From positions 256,001 through 320,000 of the forward strand of contig CAVYVF010000023.1 of assembly GCA_963771885.1 (NCBI GenBank): a stretch of 64,000 nt of DNA. The letters run 5' to 3'. Source of the DNA: Candidatus Bathyarchaeota archaeon. Its GTDB lineage: Archaea > Thermoproteota > Bathyarchaeia > TCS64. This document shows positions 19,886 to 30,224 of the stretch, in pieces (the first letter of the stretch is position 1; the number at the start of each line of letters is the position of its first letter). The notes beneath the pieces are model-generated. The model saw only the letters and a program-made list of their open reading frames with translations, was not told the DNA's origin and ran no database searches. Made by a program: the position numbers and the translations under genes.

Positions 19886-21349
19886 TCAGCGGCTTCCCAT
19901 CTTCTGGAGCATCATCGCCCCAGCTTCACGAACTTTCACAGCCAGCAGGTCAAAGTCCTCCCGCCTGCTCCTATGGTTGACGACGCAGACCCTGAGCGCC
20001 GTCTTCCCCCCGAGCTTCGTGTCGCTTATCACCGCGACTCCCATCCCCATAAGCATCCGCGGTAACCCAGCGTTTAACTCGTTCAGCGCAGCCTCCGGCA
20101 GACCCGTCGCCCTGAACCTGAAGCAGACAACGTTCGACGCAACTGGGGCGAGGAGCTCCAGCTCGGACGTAGCCCTCACCAAACCCGCGAAGTACTGTGC
20201 CTGGTCGCAGTTCTGCTGCACGAGCCGCCCAAACTTGGCCAAGCCATGCTCTTTGAGTCCCATCCACACCTTAAGGCTCCTGAAGTAGCGGCTCACCTGC
20301 AACCCATAGTCGGTCCTCATCTTCATCGTCGCCGCGTTGCCGAAGTAGTCGGGATGCTCCGCGAAGGTTTTGAAATGGTCCTCCTCGCGGCGGATCAGGG
20401 TGCAGGCGACGTCGAAGGGCATGTACATCCACTTGTGAAGGTCGAAGGCGAGTGAATCAGCCCTTTCGATGCCCTTCACGAGCGGCTCAGTCCCATTCGC
20501 TATCTTCGCCCAGGCGCCGAAGGCGCCGTCGACGTGGAGCCAGAGCCCCTCCCTCTGACACACATCAGCGAGCGCATCCAAGTCGTCGAATGCTCCCGTG
20601 TTCGTCGTGCCCGCCGTACCGATGACGAGGAAGGGCTGTAGGCCGGCTGCCTTATCCTTACTGATCTCCGCTTCGAGCAGATCGACCCTCATCCGGTAAT
20701 CATCGTCGACAGGTATCTTCCGGTAGCTATCCTCCCCGAGCCCAAGGAGCTGCACCGCCTTGTCGATGCAGACATGCGTCTCAGTCGAGCCATAGAGAAC
20801 CATCCTCTTCGACGCGGCGGCCTGACCAAGCTTCCTCACGTCGAAGCCCGCCTTCGTGTTCCTCGCCACGGCGATGCCCAGCAGGTTCGCCTCCGATCCG
20901 CCGCCGACGAGCAGCCCGCTCGCGCCTCGGGGGAAGCCGAATACGCCCTTGAACCACTCGAGCACCTGAGTCTCCACTAGCACCGGGGCGAATGGGCCGC
21001 CGGGCATGTTGAAGTTGATCCCCGCTGCGAGCATCTCGGCAAGCGCCCCCTGTGCCGTCCCCGTGCCGACGACCCAGCCCCAGAAACGGGGATGGGTGTT
21101 TAGTCCCCCGTGGGTGTCGAGCACACCGGCCTTGAAGTCCCCATATGCAGCCTCGAGCCCCTCCGCCTCAACGGGCAGGGGTTTCATGAACGCGGCCGCC
21201 GTCTGCTCGTTGACGAACATCGCGGGGGGCCTCTGCCTCACGGACGCGATGTGGTCGACCATGTCGTCGACCATCTTGTGACCTAGTGCCTTCAGCTCGT
21301 CCCAGTTCTCCGGGTCCAGCGACTCCTCTACACGCCGTTCGTCGACCAT
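19886..21349 (-). CDS. Group II PLP-dependent decarboxylase (aromatic-L-amino-acid/glutamate type)
   Basis: HPRFWG, GGSEAN, GTTNTGAFD, WLHVDGAFG and DLHKW motifs. Confidence 0.92.
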   Translation of the reverse strand: MVDERRVEESLDPENWDELKALGHKMVDDMVDHIASVRQRPPAMFVNEQTAAAFMKPLPVEAEGLEAAYGDFKAGVLDTHGGLNTHPRFWGWVVGTGTAQGALAEMLAAGINFNMPGGPFAPVLVETQVLEWFKGVFGFPRGASGLLVGGGSEANLLGIAVARNTKAGFDVRKLGQAAASKRMVLYGSTETHVCIDKAVQLLGLGEDSYRKIPVDDDYRMRVDLLEAEISKDKAAGLQPFLVIGTAGTTNTGAFDDLDALADVCQREGLWLHVDGAFGAWAKIANGTEPLVKGIERADSLAFDLHKWMYMPFDVACTLIRREEDHFKTFAEHPDYFGNAATMKMRTDYGLQVSRYFRSLKVWMGLKEHGLAKFGRLVQQNCDQAQYFAGLVRATSELELLAPVASNVVCFRFRATGLPEAALNELNAGLPRMLMGMGVAVISDTKLGGKTALRVCVVNHRSRREDFDLLAVKVREAGAMMLQKMGSR

Positions 21350-21450
21350 GAAATCACGATCGAATCAACGTGTGGGTAATTTATTAATCGATGAGGTTAG
21401 CAGCCGCACCCTGGGGCAATGTGGTTAAAGCCCCGCGGGCAGATCTAACC

Positions 21451-22797
21451 ATGGAACCCACGCAACTCCATTTCCCCAAGGGCTTCTACATCGGGACCGC
21501 AAGCGCCTCCTACCAGATCGAGGGAGCCGTCGCCGAGGACGGCAGGGGGCCTAGCATCTGGGACACCTACAGCCACACACCCGGCAAGATAGAGGACGGC
21601 ACGAACGGCGACATAGCCGACGACCACTACTACAGGTGGCGAGAGGACGTCGAACTCATGCAGGAGCTGGGCGTAAACGCCTACCGCTTCAGCATAAGCT
21701 GGAGCCGCGTCCTCCCCAGGGGCAGGGGCAAGGTAAACAACAAGGGGCTCCAGTTCTACAGCGCTCTCGTCGACGAGCTCCTAGACGCGGGCATCACCCC
21801 ATTCGTCACCCTATACCACTTCGACCTCCCGCAGGCTCTCCAAGACGACGGCGGCGGCTGGCTCAGGCGGGGAATAGTCGACGACTTCGAGGCATACGTC
21901 GACGCCGTCAGCGTCGAGCTGGGCGACCGCGTCAAGCACTGGATGACCATAAACGAGCCTTGGGAGCTCGCCTGGCAGGGCTACGTCACCGGCGAGGACG
22001 CGCCCGGCGTGAAACTTGGTAACAAGGAGGCGCTCAAGGCGAGCCACAACGTCCTCCTCGCCCACGGCGCAGCCGTCAGGACCCTGCGCGAAAACTCACA
22101 GGACGCAAAAGTGGGCATAGTCCTCCACCTAAACATGGTCGAGCCCGCCACCACGCGCCCCGAAGATGTCGCCGCCGCCCACAGGTGGGAGCTCCACCAG
22201 AACAGGTGGTACCTCGACGCCCTCTACCGCGAGGGCTACCCGGCCGAGATGGTCAAGCTCTTCGGCGCCGACGCCCCCGATGTCATCCCAGGCGACATGG
22301 AGCTGATACAGGCGCCAATCGACTTCCTCGGCGTAAACAACTACAGGCGCAGCGTCGTCGCCGAGGGCACAGACCTACCACCAGTCAATATGAAGCGCGT
22401 AAGCCCGCCCGGGGAGTACACGGAGATGGGCTGGGAGGTCCACCCCGAGGGGCTCTACAGGATACTCAAGTGGATCCACACGAACTACCCCGTCTCGAAG
22501 ATCCTCGTGACTGAGAACGGCGCCTCCTTCACCGACACCGTCTCCCCCGACGGGAAGGTGCACGACGAACGCCGCGTCGCATACCTCCGCGAGCACATAA
22601 AGCAAGCACACAGGGCTATGCGCGAGGGCGTGCCCCTCGGAGGCTACTTCGCGTGGAGCACCCTCGACAACTTCGAGTGGGCATACGGCTACAGCCGCCG
22701 CTTCGGCCTCATCCACGTCGACTACAAGACGCAGAAGAGGACGATAAAGGACAGCGGCTACTTCCTCGCCGAGGTCGCCAAGGGCGTCAAACAATGA
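21451..22797 (+). CDS. GH1 beta-glucosidase
   Basis: ASYQIEG, YRFSISWSR, TINEP (acid/base), TENG (nucleophile) and DNFEW motifs. Confidence 0.95.
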   Translation: MEPTQLHFPKGFYIGTASASYQIEGAVAEDGRGPSIWDTYSHTPGKIEDGTNGDIADDHYYRWREDVELMQELGVNAYRFSISWSRVLPRGRGKVNNKGLQFYSALVDELLDAGITPFVTLYHFDLPQALQDDGGGWLRRGIVDDFEAYVDAVSVELGDRVKHWMTINEPWELAWQGYVTGEDAPGVKLGNKEALKASHNVLLAHGAAVRTLRENSQDAKVGIVLHLNMVEPATTRPEDVAAAHRWELHQNRWYLDALYREGYPAEMVKLFGADAPDVIPGDMELIQAPIDFLGVNNYRRSVVAEGTDLPPVNMKRVSPPGEYTEMGWEVHPEGLYRILKWIHTNYPVSKILVTENGASFTDTVSPDGKVHDERRVAYLREHIKQAHRAMREGVPLGGYFAWSTLDNFEWAYGYSRRFGLIHVDYKTQKRTIKDSGYFLAEVAKGVKQ

Positions 22798-22844
22798 TCC
22801 AAGGTTTTTAATCGCCAGCCACCCCATCGGTTCCCGACTGCCAA

Positions 22845-24302
22845 ATGGGAGACTGGACCGGGGAGAAGGGGACCGCCGCCAAGTGGGTAGACGACAACGC
22901 CCACGAGATGGCGGAGATGAGCGACAAGATATTCGGCTACGCCGAGCCGGGGCTCCGCGAATACAAGTCATCGAAGCTGCTCATCGAGTACCTGAAGCGG
23001 AACGGCTTCGCCGTCGAGACGGGAGTCAGCGAGATGCCAACGGCCTTCGACGCGACTTGGGGGGAGAAGGGGCCAGTCATCGGCTTCTTCGCCGAGTATG
23101 ACGCGACTCCGGGGCACAGCCAGAAACCCGTCCCTTGGGACGAGCCCGCGGTACCCTACGGCGCAGGGTTCACAGACGCCCACAACATGCTGGGGACCGC
23201 CGCGTGCTTCGCCGCCACAGCATTCAAGGCGGCGCTCGAGCGCCACAGCATACCCGCCAGGATCAAACTCCTCGGCACCCCCGCGGAGAAGCTCTGCGTG
23301 GGCAAGCCATTCATGGCGCGCGACGGACTCTTCGAGGGCATGGACGCCCTCCTCGCCTGGCACCCGGGCGGACCCACAAGCGTCCTCGGCGACGTCTGGC
23401 CCCTCACCTACATGAGCATGGTCTTCGAGTTCAAGGTCGAGTCCGCCTCAGGCGGACAGAGCGGCGACGTCAGCTACCCGGGTGCCCTCGACGCCGCGAT
23501 GCTCATGTACAACAACGTCAACACGATGAAGGAGCACATGCCCGCCCTCATGCGCCGCGGAGGCAGCATAAACGAGTTCATTATGACCGGCGGACAGTGC
23601 ACCGTCTCCACCCCCGAGTTCAGCCAGCTCGTCTACGCGTGGAGGACCGAGAACCTCCCAGACCAGGACGCGATCAGGAAGGTGATAGAGCGCTGCGCAC
23701 AGGGAGCCGCCATCGCCGCCGACTGCAAGGTCGAGCCACGCATCATCACCGCCGTAAGGACTGGGCTACCCAACACGACGATGACCAACCTCGTCATGGC
23801 GAACCTCACCGAGCACGGCCCGCCCAGGTACACGGAGGAGGACAAGGCATTCGCACGCGAGATACAGCGGAACCTCGGCCAGAAGGAGACGGAGCAGCCC
23901 TACGACGTCACCATCGTACCGCCTGAGAAGGCGTACGGCGCCTTCCACCCAGCCGACGACGTCAACGAGTTCACATGGCACGCCCCAACGGCGCGCCTCT
24001 ACGTGAGCAAAGCGATGATACGGGGCTTCAGGTACCCGCGCTGGGTCGAGTCCGCCCTCTGCGGCATGGGAGCCACACATCGCATGGGCGAGACAGCCGC
24101 CAAGGTACTAGCCGCGAGCGCCATCGACCTCGTCAAGAAGCCCGAGTCACTGAAGACGGCGAAGGCAGAGTTCGACAGGAGACGCGCCGAGCACTGGGAG
24201 AAACCCCTCATGCCCCAGGGAGTCAAACCCCCAGTCGGCCTCCGCTGGCCCGAATGGGTCGACCGCCCCGGCTCCGAGTGGTGGATACCACCCCCCAGCT
24301 AA
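22845..24302 (+). CDS. M20 amidohydrolase, AbgB (aminobenzoyl-glutamate hydrolase B)-like
   Basis: EYDATPG, HNMLG, GTPAEK, GKPFMARDG and WHP motifs. Confidence 0.85.
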   Translation: MGDWTGEKGTAAKWVDDNAHEMAEMSDKIFGYAEPGLREYKSSKLLIEYLKRNGFAVETGVSEMPTAFDATWGEKGPVIGFFAEYDATPGHSQKPVPWDEPAVPYGAGFTDAHNMLGTAACFAATAFKAALERHSIPARIKLLGTPAEKLCVGKPFMARDGLFEGMDALLAWHPGGPTSVLGDVWPLTYMSMVFEFKVESASGGQSGDVSYPGALDAAMLMYNNVNTMKEHMPALMRRGGSINEFIMTGGQCTVSTPEFSQLVYAWRTENLPDQDAIRKVIERCAQGAAIAADCKVEPRIITAVRTGLPNTTMTNLVMANLTEHGPPRYTEEDKAFAREIQRNLGQKETEQPYDVTIVPPEKAYGAFHPADDVNEFTWHAPTARLYVSKAMIRGFRYPRWVESALCGMGATHRMGETAAKVLAASAIDLVKKPESLKTAKAEFDRRRAEHWEKPLMPQGVKPPVGLRWPEWVDRPGSEWWIPPPS

Positions 24303-24355
24303 ATTCGGGTCGATGCTTATTTCCGCGGAGCCCCACACCCTCAGTTGGGGGCGCT

Positions 24356-25951
24356 ATGTATCCCGATCTCGTTCTGGTAAACGCGAATGTTGTGACGCTT
24401 GACGCCGCCAAGCCGCGCGCCGAGGCTGTGACGGTCATGTTCGGCAGGATCGCGCAGGTAGGCACCACCAAGGATGTTGAGAAGACCATCAGTACCAAAA
24501 CAAAGGTGCTCGACCTCGGAGGCAAGACAGTCCTGCCCGGCTTCATCGACACCCACGTCCATCTAGACGACTTCGGCCTGACGCTACGCACAATCAACAT
24601 GGAGGGCGCCACATCCATCGCCGAGGTGCAGAGGATCCTCGCAGAGAGGGTGAAGAAGACGTCCAAAGGCGAGTGGGTCATGGGGCGCGGATGGAATGAG
24701 AACCTCCTCAAGGAGAGGCGCTTCCTCACCCGCTGGGACATCGACGACGTGTCGCCGAACAATCCCGTCTATCTCCACCACTACTCCTGTCACGCTACAC
24801 TCCTCAACAGCAGGGGGCTCGAGGCATCGCACATCGACAGGAACACGAAGGAGCCCGCAGGAGGCTGGATCATCAAAGACGAGAGGGGCGAGCCGACGGG
24901 CTTCCTCCGCTCCAACGCGCGCTTCATGGGCCCCGTCGGACTCAACGGCGTCCGCCCCCGCCCAGACCTCGCCACACTAAGGGAGGCAATACTCATCGGC
25001 GTAAACGAGGCGATCAAGTACGGCCTTACCGCGATACACGTCCCATACGCCGACCACGACGAGATCAAGGTCACACAGGAGCTCTCCGCCGAGGGGAAAA
25101 TCCCCCTACGCATCAACCTCCTCCCAAAGGTCGAGCTACTCGACAACGTCCTAAAGCTAGGCATAAACTCGGGGCTCGGCGACGAGATGCTCAGACTCGG
25201 AGCAATCAAGATATTCAGCGACGGCTCCCTCATCGCGAGGACCGCAGCCGTCAAAGAGCACTTCGATGGCGAGCCCGAGAACAAGGGGATACTGAACAAC
25301 CGCGAGGTCTTCGAGATCCAGATAATGCAGGCCCACAAAGCGGGTATGCAGATCGCCGTCCACGCCGTCGGCGACAGGGCGATCGAGGCCGTCCTCGACG
25401 CCTATGAAGCAGCACTTAAGGAAACGCCCCGAGCCGACCACAGGCACAGGATAGAGCACGCGAGCATCGCCGACAAGGACCTCCGAGACAGGGCGAGAAA
25501 ACTCGGCGTCGTCGTCTCCACTCAACCCGAACTCGTCACCCGCAACGGTGACGGCTTCATCGCCTCCCTCGGCGACGAGAGGATGGAGTACACTTACCCG
25601 ATCAGGTCAATGCTCGACGAGGGCGTAATGGTCGCTGGGAGCAGCGACTGCCCCCTCACATACCCCAACCCACTCAAGGGCATCTGGTCGGCCACGACAC
25701 GTGCATCCGAAGTGACGGGGAATCCCATCACGCCCAAGCAGCGCGTAACCATGGACCAGGCTATCCGCATGTACACGACCAACGCAGCCTACATCGGCTT
25801 CGACGAAAAGAGGAAGGGCACTATCGAGGAGGGAAAGCTCGCCGACTTCACCGTCCTCAGCGGCGACCCCTATGCGGTCGGCCCCGATAAGGTGAGGGAC
25901 CTCAAAGTCGAGATGACCATCGTCGGCGGAAAAGTCGTCTACAAGCGTTAG
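24356..25951 (+). CDS. Amidohydrolase 3 family (YtcJ-like)
   Basis: PGFIDTHVH, KIFSDG, HAVGDRA, RIEHA and GSSDCP motifs. Confidence 0.9.
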   Translation: MYPDLVLVNANVVTLDAAKPRAEAVTVMFGRIAQVGTTKDVEKTISTKTKVLDLGGKTVLPGFIDTHVHLDDFGLTLRTINMEGATSIAEVQRILAERVKKTSKGEWVMGRGWNENLLKERRFLTRWDIDDVSPNNPVYLHHYSCHATLLNSRGLEASHIDRNTKEPAGGWIIKDERGEPTGFLRSNARFMGPVGLNGVRPRPDLATLREAILIGVNEAIKYGLTAIHVPYADHDEIKVTQELSAEGKIPLRINLLPKVELLDNVLKLGINSGLGDEMLRLGAIKIFSDGSLIARTAAVKEHFDGEPENKGILNNREVFEIQIMQAHKAGMQIAVHAVGDRAIEAVLDAYEAALKETPRADHRHRIEHASIADKDLRDRARKLGVVVSTQPELVTRNGDGFIASLGDERMEYTYPIRSMLDEGVMVAGSSDCPLTYPNPLKGIWSATTRASEVTGNPITPKQRVTMDQAIRMYTTNAAYIGFDEKRKGTIEEGKLADFTVLSGDPYAVGPDKVRDLKVEMTIVGGKVVYKR

Positions 25952-25993
25952 CCTACCAACGGTTTAATTCCCCCCGAATCCCCCTATGCGGGA

Positions 25994-26974
25994 GTGGCTC
26001 AGATGCAGGTAGCCGACGGCGTCCACCAGTTCAAGATTCCAATGAGGCACAACCCCCTCGGATACACATACTCATACTTCCTCAAGGAGGCGAAGACGCT
26101 CATCGACGCCGGCATACCCTCAAGGGACTCACTCGCCGCCCTCGAGAAGCAGCTAGGGGAACAGGGCACCCGAGTCAAAGACCTCGAGCGGATAATCATC
26201 ACCCACATGCACAACGACCACGTCGGCCTCATAGAGTACATCAGGGAGAGCGCCAATGTCGAGACCGTCGCCCACAGGATAGCCGAGGAACACCAGCAAG
26301 CCCAAATCAGGTGGTACAAAGACATGTACAGAAACATCTCCGAGGAGCTCCAACTCCTAGGCGGTGGCTCCTTCCAACAGTTCCTCAGCCGCTTCGAACA
26401 CGCCTTCAGGGAGGACCCCAAGCCCCTCAAACTCAACACGCTCATCGAGGACGACGCGGTCATCGACCTCCCCGGCGCCAAGCTAAGGGTGATCTGGACA
26501 CCTGGACACGCAGCCGAGCACATTTGCCTCCACGACGCTGAGAAGCAGATACTCTTCAGCGGCGACCACGTCCTCCCCAAGATCACAAGCCACGTCAGCG
26601 AACACACCTGGGAGAAACGCGACCCACTCGGAGACTACCTCGCCAGCCTCGTCAAGGTCCGCGACCTCCCCGTCAACCTCATCCTCCCAGGACACGAGAC
26701 AAGCTTCACAAACCTCCCCGACCGCATCACGCAGCTCTTCAAACACCACGAAGCCCGCCTAGAAGAGGTAAGATCCGCGTTGAAGAACGGTAAGAGCACC
26801 GTCTTCGAGGTAGCAAGCGTGATCCACTGGGACAGCCGCCCATGGCTAGTAATGGACTTCTGGACGAAGCGCATGGCCGCGACCGAGACCTACGCACACC
26901 TCATATACCTTCGGAACAAGGGCGAGATAACCGAAAAGACGGTCGACGATACACTGTACTACACTCTGGCTTAA
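25994..26974 (+). CDS. MBL-fold metallo-hydrolase with C-terminal winged helix
   Basis: THMHNDHVG, TPGH, SGDH and PGH motifs. Confidence 0.9.
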   Translation: MAQMQVADGVHQFKIPMRHNPLGYTYSYFLKEAKTLIDAGIPSRDSLAALEKQLGEQGTRVKDLERIIITHMHNDHVGLIEYIRESANVETVAHRIAEEHQQAQIRWYKDMYRNISEELQLLGGGSFQQFLSRFEHAFREDPKPLKLNTLIEDDAVIDLPGAKLRVIWTPGHAAEHICLHDAEKQILFSGDHVLPKITSHVSEHTWEKRDPLGDYLASLVKVRDLPVNLILPGHETSFTNLPDRITQLFKHHEARLEEVRSALKNGKSTVFEVASVIHWDSRPWLVMDFWTKRMAATETYAHLIYLRNKGEITEKTVDDTLYYTLA

Positions 26975-27630
26975 CGCCAGACCTTGACGCCCTTCTCGAC
27001 CAGGTACTGAGCAGCAAGGTCCGCGATGTCAGGCGCCTTAAAGGGAATACGCATCTCCTTGATCTGCTCGAGCAGATCACGGTACGTGATCTCCTCACGC
27101 CCCCTCTTGACGTACTGATCCATGATGGTCTGAGCAACCTCCTCCGCAACCCTATACTTAGGACTGAGAGTCCTATAGTGGTGACGCAACGCAGCAGCGA
27201 TCTCGTCGCCACTCGCACTGCTAAGAGCCCAGACAGTGGGGCGTGGACCACCCTTACTCGACTGAACCTTCGACACCTTCAACGCGGGACTGATAAGTCC
27301 GACGGCCCTAAGCCTCTTAAGAGTCCTGTAAACAGTCGCCTCAGGCTGATTAAGCTCAGTCTGCAGCACCCACGCCGTACCCGCTCCATGAAGGCAAAAG
27401 TAAAGGAACGTCTCAGCAACGGCCGGAGAACTGAATATATTCTCGCTAAAGTTAAGGAGCTCCTGAATATTCTTGAGGGTAGTAGCTAGGTCATTCTTCT
27501 CATTGAGAAGGAGCAGCTGACGGAAGATCTGGGTGTATTTGACGAAATTACTCTCGTCTGGCCGCGACCTGATAACCGATCGACTTTTATCGAGGTTTAA
27601 CGCATCTCTCAAGGGCACAACTCGAGCCAT
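26971..27630 (-). CDS. Winged-helix DNA-binding protein (TrmB/ArsR-like HTH)
   Basis: TAWVLQTELNQPEATVYRTLKRLRAVGLI helix-turn-helix; ATG at 27630. Confidence 0.7.
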   Translation of the reverse strand: MARVVPLRDALNLDKSRSVIRSRPDESNFVKYTQIFRQLLLLNEKNDLATTLKNIQELLNFSENIFSSPAVAETFLYFCLHGAGTAWVLQTELNQPEATVYRTLKRLRAVGLISPALKVSKVQSSKGGPRPTVWALSSASGDEIAAALRHHYRTLSPKYRVAEEVAQTIMDQYVKRGREEITYRDLLEQIKEMRIPFKAPDIADLAAQYLVEKGVKVWR

Positions 27631-27694
27631 AGTGTCGTCACATAACCTAGCCTTTCGTCGGCGAAAGAAAAACGGACGCGATAAGCTTATAAGA

Positions 27695-27727
27695 TTACTT
27701 GTTAACAAGTAAACATGTAAACAAGTA
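27695..27727. promoter_or_regulatory. Operator-like array: 18-bp perfect palindrome plus tandem 8-bp AACAWGTA units
   Basis: ttacttgttaacaagtaa (27695-27712); aacaagta/aacatgta/aacaagta at 27704-27727; lies between two divergent DNA-binding genes. Confidence 0.75.
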
Positions 27728-27747
27728 ATCAGGTCGCACCGTAAACA

Positions 27748-28197
27748 ATGACACGCAAGACAGTCGCCATCCGAGGCCTCGACACGGGGCTTTACAACGA
27801 GGTCTTCTCAATGGCGAAGAAGGATGGCAAGCGCGTCAGCGACCTGGTGAACTCTGCGCTCAAGGCCTATATCGATGGGGACGTTGCTCCTGTTAAACTG
27901 GGGGAGCCAGTCATCGAGGCAGGGGCGACACAGTCTGCCGGCAGCTTCGTCCTCAGCGTGGAGGATGAGGGTGAGGTCACGCTCTCGAAGAACGATGTGC
28001 TTGACATCAGCAGGGACATGGGTCCCTTTAAGATCGAGAGCAGCGGGACGCTGACGTTCGAGAAGGACGTGGACTCTGAGGCACTCAGGGGCATAGAGAA
28101 GATCGTTATCCTCTCGGGTGAGGTCAGGGTGCCGAAGAAGACCTATCCACAGTTCCTTATTAAGTGCCAGATCAAGGGTAAGCTCGACAAGTATTGA
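27748..28197 (+). CDS. Ribbon-helix-helix protein with uncharacterised C-terminal domain
   Basis: KTVAIRGLD..LY......AKKDGKRVSDLVNSALKAYI RHH pattern. Confidence 0.7.
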   Translation: MTRKTVAIRGLDTGLYNEVFSMAKKDGKRVSDLVNSALKAYIDGDVAPVKLGEPVIEAGATQSAGSFVLSVEDEGEVTLSKNDVLDISRDMGPFKIESSGTLTFEKDVDSEALRGIEKIVILSGEVRVPKKTYPQFLIKCQIKGKLDKY

Positions 28198-28749
28198 GCA
28201 CCCAACGCCTCGTGGGCGTCGAGGACGGCAGCTTCGACGCGTTTCTCCCCGGGCAGACGACGCTCCTGTGCGCGGTCTGCATGGCTGGAGACCGAGTCGA
28301 GTGGGTGAAGCTAGGGAGGGTCAGGGTTGACGGGCGCGAAGCCACGGGTGTATTACTCGGCATGCTCCGGGGCGAGAGATTCGACGCCCTCATCCTCGGC
28401 GGCGTGAGCTTCGCCGGCTTCGATGTCGTCGACCCGCAAGTGTTACGCGAGGAACTTGGTGTCCCTGTCATCGTTTACTCGTCTAAGCTGCCCGACAGCA
28501 CTTCGACGTTATCTGCTCTTAAAGCGAACTTCTCAGACTGGGCGGAGAGGTGGGCACCCATCGAGCGTGATGGGGAGTGTTTACAGCACCATCACAAAAG
28601 ATGGGGAGCCACCGGTCTTCTTCGAGGTCACTGGGTGTACACAGGAGGAAGCAGAAGGAATTCTTCGAACCTCGGTCTCCCTAACCAGAACGCCGGAACC
28701 CGTAAGGGTGGCGGGAATCATCGCGCGCGGGCTCTCTAGAAGCGCTTGA
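28194..28749 (+). pseudogene. DUF99 / endonuclease V-like protein, +1 frameshift near 28569
   Basis: GVEDG, VDGREAT and GVSFAGFDVVD motifs; the conserved PEPVRVA C-terminus is in the next frame. Confidence 0.8.
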
Positions 28750-30214
28750 AGTCCAGATCGATCGTCTGGTGGGTCTGCAGGTCGAAGATAGTCGCGACAC
28801 CGGTCGTGGGCTCGATCTGCATCCTCTTCTGGAAGGGGGTCTGGTCCTGCCAGCTCCCCGCAGAGACGAGTGTGACGCCTTTGTAGCGCTTTGTCTCGCC
28901 AATATGGACGTGCCCCATCAGTGCGACATCTGGAATGCTGCTTATGACGAGGCGGTCAGTGCGCTCCGGGGCTATTGGCGTGCTCTGCCCGTAGCGGGGC
29001 GCGAGGTGGCGGCATCTAAAGAGGAGCTCCATCGCCTTCAGTGGGTGGTTGAACTCGTAGCCGGGGGTACTACTGAGTATGTCATCCATTCCCTTACCAT
29101 GCTCGGCGAGGAGCTCTACCCCGTTGAGGTTAAGCCTACAGGGGCTGGGGAGCATCTTGACGCGTGGATTCTCGTGTAGCTCCTTCGCGTATTCCTTTGG
29201 AATCGAGGGCTGGGGCATGCTGTGGCGCGTCGCGTCGTGGTTGCCCGGTGTAACGACGATCTCAACGTAGTCGGGGAGTCGTTTCAGGAGCTCAGCGGCG
29301 GCTCTGTACTGTTCGCGGATGTCAGTTATAGTTAACTCGGTGAGCTGATCCGGATAGATGCCCACACCGTCGACGAGGTCGCCGGCAATAACGACGTACT
29401 TGACCTTGGCTGCCGCGTCACGGCTCTGTGAGGGTCCTAGTTCGAGGTTCATCCAGTCGATGAACTTGTCGAAGAGGTCGCCTCGGAAGTACTTTGAGCC
29501 TACATGGACGTCGGCGAGGAGGACGGCATAGAGCGGGTCGGGGCTCCGGCGGGCAGTGTTGGATGGAACATCGGGCCAGATCCAGTCGTTTGCGACGAGT
29601 AGGTCGTCAGTATATTTGACGGCGTCGACGGCGACGACCTGGTCCTCCTGCAATTCGAGCCCTCTGCGCATGACCTCGTCGTCACTAGCCATGACGCTGA
29701 TGGATGATTGGCGGTCCTCGAGCTCGATGAAGAGCTTGGAGCCGCGGGTTCGCTTCTCGGTGACGATACCGATTGTCTTGAGCTTGGTCTTTATAGGGAG
29801 CTTTAACGCCTGCTCGATCGCGACTGCTTCTCGTACGTCTACTCGGCGTTTGAGGATGGTTTCGAGGCGGTCGTATCTGCTCTGGAAGTAGTTGAGAAAG
29901 CCCTCGGCGTTACTTGCAGGTTCGGCAGGTTCCTCGTCGAGGACCTTGAGGGGGGTGCCTTTGTCCCTAGCGGGGATCGGGCGGTTTTTTATGGGGAGTG
30001 GTTCGGGTCGGGTGGTCTCGACGAGGGCGAATAAGAAGCCCTTATCGAGAACGAAAAGGGGTGGAGAGGCGGAGTCAGCCTTTATGATTGCCTTCTGGGT
30101 GATGGTCTCGGCGATCTCAGCGGATAGCCCGTAGAGGTACGAGTATGCTTCGGGGCTTAGTTGGTAGCCCGCTGTGATGATGTGCTGTAGGAACGGTGGC
30201 ATCCGCTGACTCAA
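28736..30214 (-). CDS. polB: DNA polymerase D small (proofreading) subunit DP1
   Basis: OB fold plus DVHVGS, AGDLVDG, PGNHD, HG, HLAP and GHVH phosphoesterase motifs. Confidence 0.95.
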   Translation of the reverse strand: MSQRMPPFLQHIITAGYQLSPEAYSYLYGLSAEIAETITQKAIIKADSASPPLFVLDKGFLFALVETTRPEPLPIKNRPIPARDKGTPLKVLDEEPAEPASNAEGFLNYFQSRYDRLETILKRRVDVREAVAIEQALKLPIKTKLKTIGIVTEKRTRGSKLFIELEDRQSSISVMASDDEVMRRGLELQEDQVVAVDAVKYTDDLLVANDWIWPDVPSNTARRSPDPLYAVLLADVHVGSKYFRGDLFDKFIDWMNLELGPSQSRDAAAKVKYVVIAGDLVDGVGIYPDQLTELTITDIREQYRAAAELLKRLPDYVEIVVTPGNHDATRHSMPQPSIPKEYAKELHENPRVKMLPSPCRLNLNGVELLAEHGKGMDDILSSTPGYEFNHPLKAMELLFRCRHLAPRYGQSTPIAPERTDRLVISSIPDVALMGHVHIGETKRYKGVTLVSAGSWQDQTPFQKRMQIEPTTGVATIFDLQTHQTIDLDFKRF

Positions 30215-30224
30215 TCTGGGTTTC

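Noticed and set aside
23135..23926. Long Arg-rich alternative-frame ORFs here and throughout the GC-rich genes
   Set aside because: Shadow ORFs from GC3-biased codon usage overlapping well-supported genes.
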